A stretch of DNA of 35,012 bases from Gammaproteobacteria bacterium (GTDB lineage: Bacteria; Pseudomonadota; Gammaproteobacteria; Natronospirales; JASFQN01): contig JASFQN010000003.1 of assembly GCA_050115425.1 (NCBI GenBank), positions 1 to 35,012 of the forward strand, written 5' to 3'. Below the pieces are notes generated by a model that did not search any database, was not told the DNA's origin, and saw nothing but the letters and a program-made list of their open reading frames with translations. The translations under genes and the position numbers were made by a program. Of this stretch, positions 8,250-16,826 are shown one piece after another. Within the stretch, counting starts at the first letter, position 1, and the number at the start of each line of letters is the position of its first letter.

Positions 8250-9992
8250 TCAGCAGACCTTCACGCGGATGAGTTCCTCGCCGTCGGGATCGGTCACGTG
8301 CACGGCGCAGGCGAGGCACGGATCGAAACTGTGAATGGTTCTCAGAATTTCCACGGGCGCGGCCGGATCGTAGAGCGAATGCCCCTTGAGGGCCGCCTCG
8401 TAGGGTCCGCTCTGCCCCTGGGCATCACGCGGACCTGCATTCCAGGTGCTGGGCACCACGGCCTGATAGTTGGCGATCTTTTCGTCCTCGATCACGATCC
8501 AGTGCGCCAGCGCACCGCGTGGCGCTTCCGTGAAGCCCACACCCTGGGCCTTGCGCGGCCAGGATTTGGGTTCCCAGAGCGCCGGGTTGAAGGTCGTGAC
8601 ATCGCCCGACTTGATGTTGTCCATGAGATGCCCGTACCAGACTTTCATCTGGTCGGCGAAGATCTTGGTTTCCAGTGTTCGCGCGGCAGTGCGGCCCATG
8701 GTGGAGAACATCGCCTCCAGGGGAAGTTCCAGCTTGCCCAGGGCCATGCCGGCCAGCTCGCGCGTGGGCTCGTGGCCGCTCGCATAAAGCATCAGCACCC
8801 GGGACAGGGGGCCGACTTCCATGGCGTGGCCGCGCCAGCGGGGCGACTTGAGCCAGGAATACGCGGCTTCTGTGTCGAGGTTGTCATAGGGCGGCCTGGG
8901 GCCCGTGTAGTTGAACTTTGTCTCGCCCGCGTAGGGATGCAGGCCCTGGTCATTGCCGCCACTGTAGTCGTACCAGGAATGCGCGACGAACTCCTGAATC
9001 TGGTCGTCGGCGTTGAGATCGATTTCCTCGATATGACTGAGGTCGCGCCCGATGATGGCGCCGCGCGGCACCAGGAAGGACGCAATGTCACTGGTGCCCT
9101 TCTCCGGAAAGTCGCCGTAGGTGAGAAAATTCCCCGTGCCCTCGCCGTAGCCGGTCTTGAACCAGTCCTTGTAGAAGGAGGCGATGGCCAGGGTGTCGGG
9201 CAAGTAGACTTCGTCCACGAACCGTTGCATGGACTGGATGATGTCGGCCACCTTCTGCAGGCCGACCATGTTGACAGCTGTTGTGCCGGTGCCGGCGCCT
9301 GTATGCACGCTGATGGCCGCCGGCGTGCCACCGACCAGGAAATTGGGATGCGGGTTCTTTCCGCCGAAAATGGCATGCAGGCGCGCGACCTCGCGCTGCC
9401 ATTCAAGGGCGTCCAGGTAATGCGCCACGGCCATCAGGTTGGCCTCCGGCGGCAGCTTGTACGCCGGATGGCCCCAATAGGCATTCGCAAAAATCCCCAG
9501 TTGCCCGGACTCCACCAGGCCCTTCACCTTGTTCTGCACATCGGCGAAATAACCGGGCGAGGAACGCGAATAGGCAGAAATCGACTGGGCCAGTTGCGAG
9601 GTGGCCGCCGGATCGGCCTTGAGCGCCGAGACCACATCCACCCAGTCGAGAGCATGCAGGTGATAGAAGTGCATGACGTGGTCGTGGATGAACTGGGCGC
9701 CGATCATGAGGTTGCGGATCAACTGGGCGTTGACCGGAATTTCGTATTTGAGCGCGTCCTCCACGGCCCGCACCGAGGCGATACCGTGCACCAGGGTGCA
9801 TACGCCGCAGATACGTTGTGCAAATGCCCAGGCATCGCGCGGGTCGCGCCCGCGCAGGATGATCTCGATGCCGCGGACCATCGTCCCCGAACTCGAAGCC
9901 TGCTGGATCACCCCGTTGTCGGTCTCCGCCTCGATGCGGAGATGGCCCTCGATCCGGGTGATCGGATCGACGACGACTTTCTGGTTAGCCAT
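8250..9992 (-). CDS. hydL: [NiFe]-hydrogenase large subunit, group 1e (Hyn/Hyd, Isp-type)
   Basis: DPITRIEGH, L1 motif RICGVC, L2 motif DPCLACAVH and a cleavable C-terminal extension. Gene order S-isp1-isp2-L. Confidence 0.96.
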   Translation of the reverse strand: MANQKVVVDPITRIEGHLRIEAETDNGVIQQASSSGTMVRGIEIILRGRDPRDAWAFAQRICGVCTLVHGIASVRAVEDALKYEIPVNAQLIRNLMIGAQFIHDHVMHFYHLHALDWVDVVSALKADPAATSQLAQSISAYSRSSPGYFADVQNKVKGLVESGQLGIFANAYWGHPAYKLPPEANLMAVAHYLDALEWQREVARLHAIFGGKNPHPNFLVGGTPAAISVHTGAGTGTTAVNMVGLQKVADIIQSMQRFVDEVYLPDTLAIASFYKDWFKTGYGEGTGNFLTYGDFPEKGTSDIASFLVPRGAIIGRDLSHIEEIDLNADDQIQEFVAHSWYDYSGGNDQGLHPYAGETKFNYTGPRPPYDNLDTEAAYSWLKSPRWRGHAMEVGPLSRVLMLYASGHEPTRELAGMALGKLELPLEAMFSTMGRTAARTLETKIFADQMKVWYGHLMDNIKSGDVTTFNPALWEPKSWPRKAQGVGFTEAPRGALAHWIVIEDEKIANYQAVVPSTWNAGPRDAQGQSGPYEAALKGHSLYDPAAPVEILRTIHSFDPCLACAVHVTDPDGEELIRVKVC

Positions 9993-10006
9993 GGCTCACG
10001 CCCTCC

Positions 10007-11335
10007 TCATGCCAGATGATCCGCGACCAGCTCCAGGAGACTGCGCGGCTTCTTGTCCCAGTTGAAATGCGCACTCGCGTCGTCGAAGGTGTAGCGGCAA
10101 CCGGTGCAGCTGGTCATCAAATCCTTGGCTCCCGTGGCGTCCACTTCCTGGAGCTTGTTCTCCATCGCGCGGTAGCGAAGCGGAGCGGCACGTTCGATGA
10201 GCATGACCCCGCCACCGCCGCCGCAGCAGAAACTGAAGCCCTTGTGGTTTTCCATTTCCCTGACCTCCACGCCCATGGCCTTCAACAGGGCACGCGGGGC
10301 ATCCTCGACACCCCCCTTGCGCACGATCTGACAGGGGTCGTGGAAGGTCACTGATTCGTCTTTCGCCGAACCGAGATGCAGCTTTCCCTCGGCGAGCTTC
10401 TCGGCCAGATATTCACTCACGTGAAGGACGCGGAACGGCAGTTCGTGACCGGTGAGATCGGCCGCCTCCCAGCGCAACGCCGTGTAGGCGTGTCCGCATT
10501 CGGGGACCACCACGGTCTTCACACCACACATCCCGGCCTGGTCGATCAGCCGCTGGCTGATCTCGGCCTGCCATTTGCGGCTGCCCGCGAAGTACGCATA
10601 GTTCTCGACCAGCAAGGCATCGCTGCGGAAGGTGCAGGACTCGCCGACGTGTTGCATGACTTTCGCCAGCGCCGCGACCTGCGACGGGTAGGCGTCCACT
10701 TCGACACTGGACACGCAGAGCATGACGTCCGCGCGGTCCCTGTCCATCGGAATCGGTACGTTGTATTCACGGCCGATCGCCTCCAGCCTGCTCGCATAGG
10801 GCTCGTCGGTGGGCGTCGGAACACCATTGCGATACTGGCTCTCGGCCCGCTCGTAAAGCTCCGTAGGTGCCAGGCCCGCATCGAACATGGCATGGCGGGC
10901 CTGCTCGATCAGTGCCGCCACGTCGATGCCCATGGGACAGATGAGACTGCAGCGGCCGCAGAGGTTGCAGCTGTCGTAGAGCAGATGCTGCCATTCCTCG
11001 AGTTCCTTCTCCGTCACCCTGCGCTTCAGGCCGAACATGCGATAGAGCGGCGCGAAGGGCCCTGACTCCCGCTTGTAGGCCTGCTTGAAGGGCTCCACCT
11101 TCCAGATCGGGGTATATTTCGGATCCTCGGTGGCAATGTAGAAATGGCAGGCATCCGCACACATTCCGCAATGAATGCAGGACTCCAGCCGCAGCGATGT
11201 GAGCGCGCCGTACTCCGCGGCAAAGCTCTGCATGGCCCGATCGGCACGCTGTTGATCGCTGAGGTTCCCCTGCCGGTCGACACCCTTGCGGGGCGCCGCC
11301 GCGGGCTTTCGCAGTTCGGCGGCCGTGGTACTCAT
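10007..11335 (-). CDS. isp2: Isp2: cytoplasmic Fe-S protein, HdrD/DsrK-like with CCG domain
   Basis: CIHCGMCADAC and CNLCGRCSLIC ferredoxin motifs, PECGH, HDPCQ..CCGGGGG..SCTGC. Lies between hydS and hydL. Confidence 0.9.
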   Translation of the reverse strand: MSTTAAELRKPAAAPRKGVDRQGNLSDQQRADRAMQSFAAEYGALTSLRLESCIHCGMCADACHFYIATEDPKYTPIWKVEPFKQAYKRESGPFAPLYRMFGLKRRVTEKELEEWQHLLYDSCNLCGRCSLICPMGIDVAALIEQARHAMFDAGLAPTELYERAESQYRNGVPTPTDEPYASRLEAIGREYNVPIPMDRDRADVMLCVSSVEVDAYPSQVAALAKVMQHVGESCTFRSDALLVENYAYFAGSRKWQAEISQRLIDQAGMCGVKTVVVPECGHAYTALRWEAADLTGHELPFRVLHVSEYLAEKLAEGKLHLGSAKDESVTFHDPCQIVRKGGVEDAPRALLKAMGVEVREMENHKGFSFCCGGGGGVMLIERAAPLRYRAMENKLQEVDATGAKDLMTSCTGCRYTFDDASAHFNWDKKPRSLLELVADHLA

Positions 11336-11991
11336 GATTGCGCTCCCTTGCGTTCCAGCAGATAGCCATTGATGGACCGCGACGGAAAGATGTAGAAGGC
11401 GTGCATCAGCTTGCCGAACGGGAACCAGATCAGCAGCAGGTCCACGCTCAGGATGTGCCAGGCAAGCAGGGTCTGATAATCCGCACCGACATGGGCGGTC
11501 GCCATCAACCCGGTGACGATGACCAGGGTAGTCACGAACCAGCTGAAGTAGTCATCGAAGTTGGAAATCATCCGCAGCACGCGATGGGTCAGGCGCCTGA
11601 CCATGACAGCGATCAACAGTGTCAGGGTGAGCACCGCGATGATGTTGATCACGTTGCTGGGCAATGCCGGCCAGCTGAAGCCGAACAGGCTTTTGAAGAA
11701 CGCGACATGCGGCGCGAACGCCAGGATCACGATGAACAGGCCGATGTGGTAGCTGTAGCCGAGCAACTCGCCGTAGCCGGTCCGCCCGATGAACTCGGGA
11801 TGCGGCCACGAACGCGAACCGCTGACCATCAGACCGCGGAACAGCGCCTTCATCAGCGGTCCGCGCGGCGTGGAGAGATTCTTCCGGTAGCGCAGCAGCA
11901 TGCTGCCCACGAGCCGCCAGAGTACGCCCAGACAGAAGACCGCGAGCGCGAAGGTCAGCGCCGGTCCGCGTGCAAAGTGGAGAAGGTCCAT
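11332..11991 (-). CDS. isp1: Isp1: membrane diheme cytochrome b, NarI/DsrM-like
   Basis: True start likely MDLLHFARGP at 11991, next to the hydS stop. About five TM helices with His pairs YHIGL...APHV and WHIL...FPFGKLMH. Confidence 0.9.
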   Translation of the reverse strand: MDLLHFARGPALTFALAVFCLGVLWRLVGSMLLRYRKNLSTPRGPLMKALFRGLMVSGSRSWPHPEFIGRTGYGELLGYSYHIGLFIVILAFAPHVAFFKSLFGFSWPALPSNVINIIAVLTLTLLIAVMVRRLTHRVLRMISNFDDYFSWFVTTLVIVTGLMATAHVGADYQTLLAWHILSVDLLLIWFPFGKLMHAFYIFPSRSINGYLLERKGAQS

Positions 11992-11992
11992 G

Positions 11993-13081
11993 TCATTTCT
12001 CCTCTTCCGATGCGGCCTTGTTCCTGCGGGACCGGGCGCGGATGCGTGAGACGGCCGCGGCGCCCGCTCCCAGCGCCACGCCGGCGCCGGCGGCGACGGC
12101 AAGACCTTCCAGGTTGGTGAACATTCCCGCCGCTAGCGGCTGGTAGAAACCGCCCTTGTCCCAGAACCCCGGTTCGGAGCAACCCAGGCAGCCGTGCCCG
12201 GACTCGATCGGGAAACTGGTACCGTCGTTCCATTTCACGGTGGCGCAGGCGTTGTAGGTGATGGGGCCCTTGCAGCCCAGCTCGTAAAGGCACCAGCCAT
12301 TGCGCGCGCCCTCGTCATCGAAGGACTTCGCGAACTTGCCCTGGTCATAGAACGGCCGGCGATAGCAGCGATCATGGATCGTGTTGCCGAAGAACGCCCT
12401 GGGTCGGCCGTGTTCATCGAGATCGGGCAGCTTGCCCAGGGTGATGAACTGCATCAGCGTGCCGGTAATGACCGCCGGAATCGGCGGGCAGCCGGATACA
12501 TTCACGACGGGCTTGTCCTTGATGAGTTCCGAAATCGGCCGTGCGCCGGTCGGGTTGGGCTTTGCGTAGGGAATGCCGCCAAACGACGAGCAGGTACCGA
12601 CGCAGACGATGGCCGCGGCCCCCTTGGCCGTCTCGGTCAGAATGTCCAGGGCGCTCTTGCCGGCGGCGGCGCAATACACGCCGTCATCGGCGGTGGGCAC
12701 CGAGCCGTCGACCACGATCAGGTACTTGCCCCAGTTGTCGTGCATCGCCTTTTCGCGCGCCTTTTCCGCGGCACTGCCCGCGGCCGCCATCAGCGTGTCG
12801 TCGTAGTCGAGTGAAATGATGTTGAAAATCATGTTCTCGACGGTGGGCGAGAACGATCGCGTGAGCGATTCCAGGCAACCCGTGCATTCCTGGAAGGAGA
12901 GATAGATCACCGAAGGCCGCTTTGACTTGCGCAGTTGCTCGGCCATCGCCGGCCCCGCCATTGGCGAAAGCGCCATCATGGAAGCCGTGGCCATGCAGAA
13001 CTTGAGAAAGGTCCGGCGACTGATACCGTTCTGCTCCAGCATCTCGCCGATGGTCAGGGAATCTTCGCTCTCATGGCTCAT
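11993..13081 (-). CDS. hydS: [NiFe]-hydrogenase small subunit with Tat signal and C-terminal membrane anchor
   Basis: SRRTFLKFC twin-arginine motif, ECTGC, GTCSSFGG, GCPP, HDRCYRR, WCLYELGCKGP, GHGCLGC, and a hydrophobic C-terminal tail. Confidence 0.96.
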   Translation of the reverse strand: MSHESEDSLTIGEMLEQNGISRRTFLKFCMATASMMALSPMAGPAMAEQLRKSKRPSVIYLSFQECTGCLESLTRSFSPTVENMIFNIISLDYDDTLMAAAGSAAEKAREKAMHDNWGKYLIVVDGSVPTADDGVYCAAAGKSALDILTETAKGAAAIVCVGTCSSFGGIPYAKPNPTGARPISELIKDKPVVNVSGCPPIPAVITGTLMQFITLGKLPDLDEHGRPRAFFGNTIHDRCYRRPFYDQGKFAKSFDDEGARNGWCLYELGCKGPITYNACATVKWNDGTSFPIESGHGCLGCSEPGFWDKGGFYQPLAAGMFTNLEGLAVAAGAGVALGAGAAAVSRIRARSRRNKAASEEEK

Positions 13082-13085
13082 GGCA

Positions 13086-13514
13086 TCATCCTCCGCCGTG
13101 CCGGTCTGCCAGCCGGGACCTCAGCGTCGCCGCACCCGCCAGAATCTCGTCCCGATCCGCCGGTATCAGGACCGGCACCCGTGCCACCTCAATGGCTTCC
13201 AGCGAGACTTCGTCGCGCTGGTCGTAATGGGTAATCCACCAGACGCCCTGCACCGCCGTTTCCCGGACTTCCGTGCGGCCGCCGATGGCCAGGGACATGC
13301 TCACCTCTCCGCTGCCCAACTCCTCCCGCAGACGTGTGAGGTCGCCCGGTGCCATGGGCAGCGTGGACAGATCGATGGCACCCGATTCGCCGGTCTCGGC
13401 GAGTTGTTCGAGCATGCCGGCAATTTCAAACAGGACGGCGTCCAGGCCCGCGCCAAGGGCACTTGATGTGCCCGCGGGCTCCACACGCACGCCGATTTCC
13501 GAGAGACTTGTCAT
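13086..13514 (-). CDS. hupH: HupH/HyaF/HoxQ-like hydrogenase expression protein (C-terminal-domain type)
   Basis: Start MTSLSEIGVRVE overlaps the hupD stop (ATGA). IDLSTLP, LGSGEVS, VRETAVQGVWWITHY, IEVARVP. Confidence 0.85.
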   Translation of the reverse strand: MTSLSEIGVRVEPAGTSSALGAGLDAVLFEIAGMLEQLAETGESGAIDLSTLPMAPGDLTRLREELGSGEVSMSLAIGGRTEVRETAVQGVWWITHYDQRDEVSLEAIEVARVPVLIPADRDEILAGAATLRSRLADRHGGG

Positions 13515-14035
13515 GCGCGACTCTCCTCGATGATTTCGCGAATCATCCGCGTTGCGCGCGTCACACCCTCCACGACCGGCGGGGACGCCACATCGCCCCA
13601 GTTCGTGCATTCCGGCTGAATGCCGATCAGCACACGGCGGGCGGGAAGACGATCACGCAGGCGCGCCATCGCGAGCAGATCCAGCAGGCTGACTTCGTGA
13701 ACACTGCGACCGCCGCCACTGCCCAGAAAGGCGTCCATGGCATCGCCTTCAAACGAGCGAACGGTGCCCGGCGGCGCATCGAGATTGGCAGCATCGACCA
13801 CGATCAGCGTCGCGGCCTCTTCCACTGCCTCCAGAAGGGTAAAACTGAGGGTGCCGCCATCCAGCAGCGTGACATTGGCGGGACAGCCCCCGGTGCGCAG
13901 TCCTTCGACCACGTGGATGCCGGCGCCATCATCGCTGAGCAGGTTGTTACCGATGCCCAGCACGAGGATCGCCGGATCAGCGGACTCGTCCGTGGATTCC
14001 GCTTCCTCCCGGGTAGCTGTCCCTGTCTCGTGCAT
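13511..14035 (-). CDS. hupD: Hydrogenase maturation endopeptidase (HupD/HyaD/HybD family)
   Basis: LVLGIGNNLLSDDGAG, LLDGGT, IVVDAA, SVHEVSL, IGIQP. Start taken at ATG 14035, preceded by GGGAG. Confidence 0.92.
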   Translation of the reverse strand: MHETGTATREEAESTDESADPAILVLGIGNNLLSDDGAGIHVVEGLRTGGCPANVTLLDGGTLSFTLLEAVEEAATLIVVDAANLDAPPGTVRSFEGDAMDAFLGSGGGRSVHEVSLLDLLAMARLRDRLPARRVLIGIQPECTNWGDVASPPVVEGVTRATRMIREIIEESRA

Positions 14036-14104
14036 CCCCGAACTCCCTGGTCGATGCATCCATTGACTTCTCTGGAAGTGAACCGCCCGGCGGGCATTTG
14101 CGCC

Positions 14105-14118
14105 ATGACCCAGATCAA
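14105..14118 (-). promoter_or_regulatory. FNR-type box upstream of the hydrogenase operon
   Basis: TTGAT-CTGG-GTCAT on the minus strand, with one perfect half-site. A weak -10-like TTCACT (14082-14077) is at class II spacing. Confidence 0.6.
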
Positions 14119-14169
14119 GTGCCGGCAAGTTGTCGGAACCTCCTTCCCGGCGGCGCGATCGCCACCGCT

Positions 14170-14210
14170 TTGACCTGTGTCAACTGCCCCGGATGCACGG
14201 GTGGTAGTTT
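14170..14210 (+). promoter_or_regulatory. FNR-type box plus extended -10 upstream of hypA
   Basis: Palindromic TTGAC-CTGT-GTCAA (14170-14183). TG-G-TAGTTT at 14202-14210, with the hexamer starting about 29 nt from the box centre. Confidence 0.72.
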
Positions 14211-14245
14211 GACCTTCGGACACGGCATGGATGGCGAGCCCGACG

Positions 14246-14608
14246 ATGCACGAACTGTCGATCTGTCAGGACCTGCTGGAGCAGGTCGACCGCGTTGCCC
14301 ACGAACATGGCGCTCGCCGCGTGGCCCGGATTCATCTCGCCGTGGGCCCGCTTTCCGGTGTCGTGCCGGAGCTTCTCCAACAGGCATTCACCCTGGCCCG
14401 CGCGGGCAGTTCGCACACCGCGTCAGCCGAACTCGAAATAGAAACCGTGCCTGTTCGCGTGCGCTGCCACCGTTGCGGCGCGGAGACCGACGCGCATGTC
14501 AATCGCCTGCTCTGCGGCCAGTGCGGCGACTATCACACCGATCTCGTGAGCGGCGACGAACTGATATTGCAACGCGTGGAACTTGAAGACGCGGCGGCCA
14601 GCGCCTGA
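14246..14608 (+). CDS. hypA: Hydrogenase nickel metallochaperone HypA
   Basis: MHELSIC N-terminus, GPLSGVVPE, CHRC and CGQC zinc motifs, SGDEL. Confidence 0.95.
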   Translation: MHELSICQDLLEQVDRVAHEHGARRVARIHLAVGPLSGVVPELLQQAFTLARAGSSHTASAELEIETVPVRVRCHRCGAETDAHVNRLLCGQCGDYHTDLVSGDELILQRVELEDAAASA

Positions 14609-14638
14609 CCGGTCGCTGAACGTAGGGGAGAATCGATC

Positions 14639-15430
14639 ATGTGTGACACCTGCGGCTGCAACGTCACGCCGGGCAACGAACATCTGGCGAAACAGCTCCA
14701 CGCCGGTGAAAGCAGCGCGGTGGAGGTTCTCTCGGACCTGCTCTCCGCCAACAACCGGCAGGCCGGGCACAACCGTCGGCATTTCGACCGCCACGGCGTC
14801 CTCGCGCTGAATCTCATGTCCTCGCCCGGCGCGGGCAAGACCGCCCTGCTCGAGGCCACCATCGAAGCGCTGGGCGACGAACTGCGCATCGGCGTGATCG
14901 AGGGCGACCTGGAAACCGAAAACGATGCGGCGCGCATCCGTTCATACGGCATTCCGGCGGTTCAGATTTCCACCGGAACGGCCTGCCATCTGGATGCGCA
15001 CATGGTCCACGATGCACTGCACGGCCTGCCCCTCGACTCACTCGACATCGTATTCATCGAGAACGTTGGCAACCTGGTCTGTCCGGCCAGCTTCGACCTG
15101 GGACAACACCGTAACGTCGCCCTGCTCAGCGTGACCGAAGGCGATGACAAGCCGGCCAAGTACCCGGTGATGTTTCGTGCCGCGGACCTGGTGGTCCTGA
15201 GCAAGTCCGACCTGCTCGATGTGCTGGACGATTTCGATCCGGCCGCGGCCGAGCGGTGCCTGCGCAATCTGGGGCGTGACACCGCGATGATCCAGGTCGC
15301 CGCGCGGCGCGTCCGCGCCCTGCAGCCGTGGCTGGACTGGCTGCGACGTGAGGTTGCGGCGCACCGTTCCGGGCCGGCGCATTTCCATCCGGCGGACGCC
15401 ACCGGACTTCTCAAACCGGCCGCAGGTTGA
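14639..15430 (+). CDS. hypB: Hydrogenase nickel-incorporation GTPase HypB
   Basis: MCDTCGC, SSPGAGKT, CHLDA, ENVGNLVCPASFDLG, EGDDKPAKYP. Confidence 0.97.
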   Translation: MCDTCGCNVTPGNEHLAKQLHAGESSAVEVLSDLLSANNRQAGHNRRHFDRHGVLALNLMSSPGAGKTALLEATIEALGDELRIGVIEGDLETENDAARIRSYGIPAVQISTGTACHLDAHMVHDALHGLPLDSLDIVFIENVGNLVCPASFDLGQHRNVALLSVTEGDDKPAKYPVMFRAADLVVLSKSDLLDVLDDFDPAAAERCLRNLGRDTAMIQVAARRVRALQPWLDWLRREVAAHRSGPAHFHPADATGLLKPAAG

Positions 15431-15439
15431 GATGCCGTC

Positions 15440-15697
15440 ATGTGCCTCGCCATACCAGCAAGGGTCATCGAACTGCATGAAGACCAACAGGCCGTGATCG
15501 AAGTCGGTGGCGTGCGCAACCGGGTTTCGCTGGCGCTCGTGGACGACGTTGCCGTCGGCGACTATGTCATCGTGCACACCGGCTTCGCCATCGCCCGCCT
15601 GGATGTGGCCGAGGCCGAAAAGAGCCTCGCCCTGTTCGCCGAGATCGCCGAAGCCCTGGGGGACGCACCCGATGCGTTATATCCGGGAGTTTCGTGA
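15440..15697 (+). CDS. hypC: Hydrogenase assembly chaperone HypC
   Basis: MCLAIPA and GDYVIVHTGFAI. Confidence 0.96.
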   Translation: MCLAIPARVIELHEDQQAVIEVGGVRNRVSLALVDDVAVGDYVIVHTGFAIARLDVAEAEKSLALFAEIAEALGDAPDALYPGVS

Positions 15698-16826
15698 CGG
15701 TCGCACGGCCATCGCCCTGGCACGCGCCATGGCGGGCGAGGTGGATCCCGGGCGCGACTACTATCTGATGGAATTCTGTGGCGGGCACACCCACGCCATC
15801 TTCCGCCACGGCGTGCAGGACCTGCTCCCCGGCAACGTGCGACTGGTCCATGGCCCCGGCTGCCCGGTCTGCGTGCTGGCCATTCCCCGCCTCGACATGG
15901 CCATCGAACTGGCCGCGCGTCCCGGCGTGATTCTCGCCAGCTACGGGGACATGTTGCGCGTGCCCGGATCGCGCAAGCGCAGCCTGTTGAAATCACGGGC
16001 CCGCGGGCACGATATCCGCATCGTCTACTCGGCCACCGAGGCACTGACACTGGCCCGCGACAATCCGGACCGTGAAGTGGTGTTCTTCGCCATCGGCTTT
16101 GAAACCACGACTCCGCCCACGGCGCTGGCCCTGCAGGAGGCGGCCCGTACCGGACTGAAAAACTTCAGCGTGTTCTGCAATCACGTTCTCACGCCTTCGG
16201 CCATACAGAGCATTCTCGATTCACCGGAAGTCCGCGAGCTGGGCAAGGTGCGCGTGGACGGCTTTCTCGGCCCCTCGCATGTGAGCACGATCATCGGCAG
16301 TCGGCCCTACGAATTCTTCGCCGCGGAATACCAGCGCCCGGTCGTCATTTCCGGCTTCGAACCGCTCGACGTCATGCAATCGGTGCGCATGCTCATCCGG
16401 CAATTGAACGAAGGCCGGGCCGAGGTCGAAAACCAGTTCACGCGCGGGGTGAGCCGGGACGGCAATCTGAAGGCGCAAAAGCTGGTGGCGGACGTCTTTG
16501 AATTGCGTCCCGAGTTCGAATGGCGCGGGCTCGGCCGGGTGCCCTACAGCGGACTGCGCATCAAGGCGGCCTACGCCGAACTCGATGCCGAACGGCGTTT
16601 CGACATCCAGGCAAGGCCGGTGCCCGAGAACAAGGCCTGCCAGTGCCCGGCCATTATCCGGGGGCTCAAGAAACCCACTGACTGCGCGATCTTCGGCAAG
16701 GCCTGCACGCCCCGCAATCCGATCGGCTCTTGCATGGTTTCTTCGGAAGGCGCCTGCGCGGCGTATTACAAATACCGGTTCCGGCGGCGCCAGGCCGCGG
16801 GCGCCATTGCCGTGGAGCAGGACTGA
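15672..16826 (+). CDS. hypD: Hydrogenase maturation protein HypD
   Basis: Start MRYIREFRD at 15672. MEFCGGHTH, GPGCPVCV, GFETT, CMVSSEGACAAYY. Confidence 0.97.
   Translation: MRYIREFRDGRTAIALARAMAGEVDPGRDYYLMEFCGGHTHAIFRHGVQDLLPGNVRLVHGPGCPVCVLAIPRLDMAIELAARPGVILASYGDMLRVPGSRKRSLLKSRARGHDIRIVYSATEALTLARDNPDREVVFFAIGFETTTPPTALALQEAARTGLKNFSVFCNHVLTPSAIQSILDSPEVRELGKVRVDGFLGPSHVSTIIGSRPYEFFAAEYQRPVVISGFEPLDVMQSVRMLIRQLNEGRAEVENQFTRGVSRDGNLKAQKLVADVFELRPEFEWRGLGRVPYSGLRIKAAYAELDAERRFDIQARPVPENKACQCPAIIRGLKKPTDCAIFGKACTPRNPIGSCMVSSEGACAAYYKYRFRRRQAAGAIAVEQD

Noticed and set aside
8250-8330. Possible selenocysteine ([NiFeSe]) hydrogenase
   Set aside because: The L2 motif is DPCLAC with ordinary Cys codons and no in-frame TGA.
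8121-10019. 632-aa + strand ORF
   Set aside because: Antisense shadow of hydL, typical of high-GC codon bias, with no motifs.
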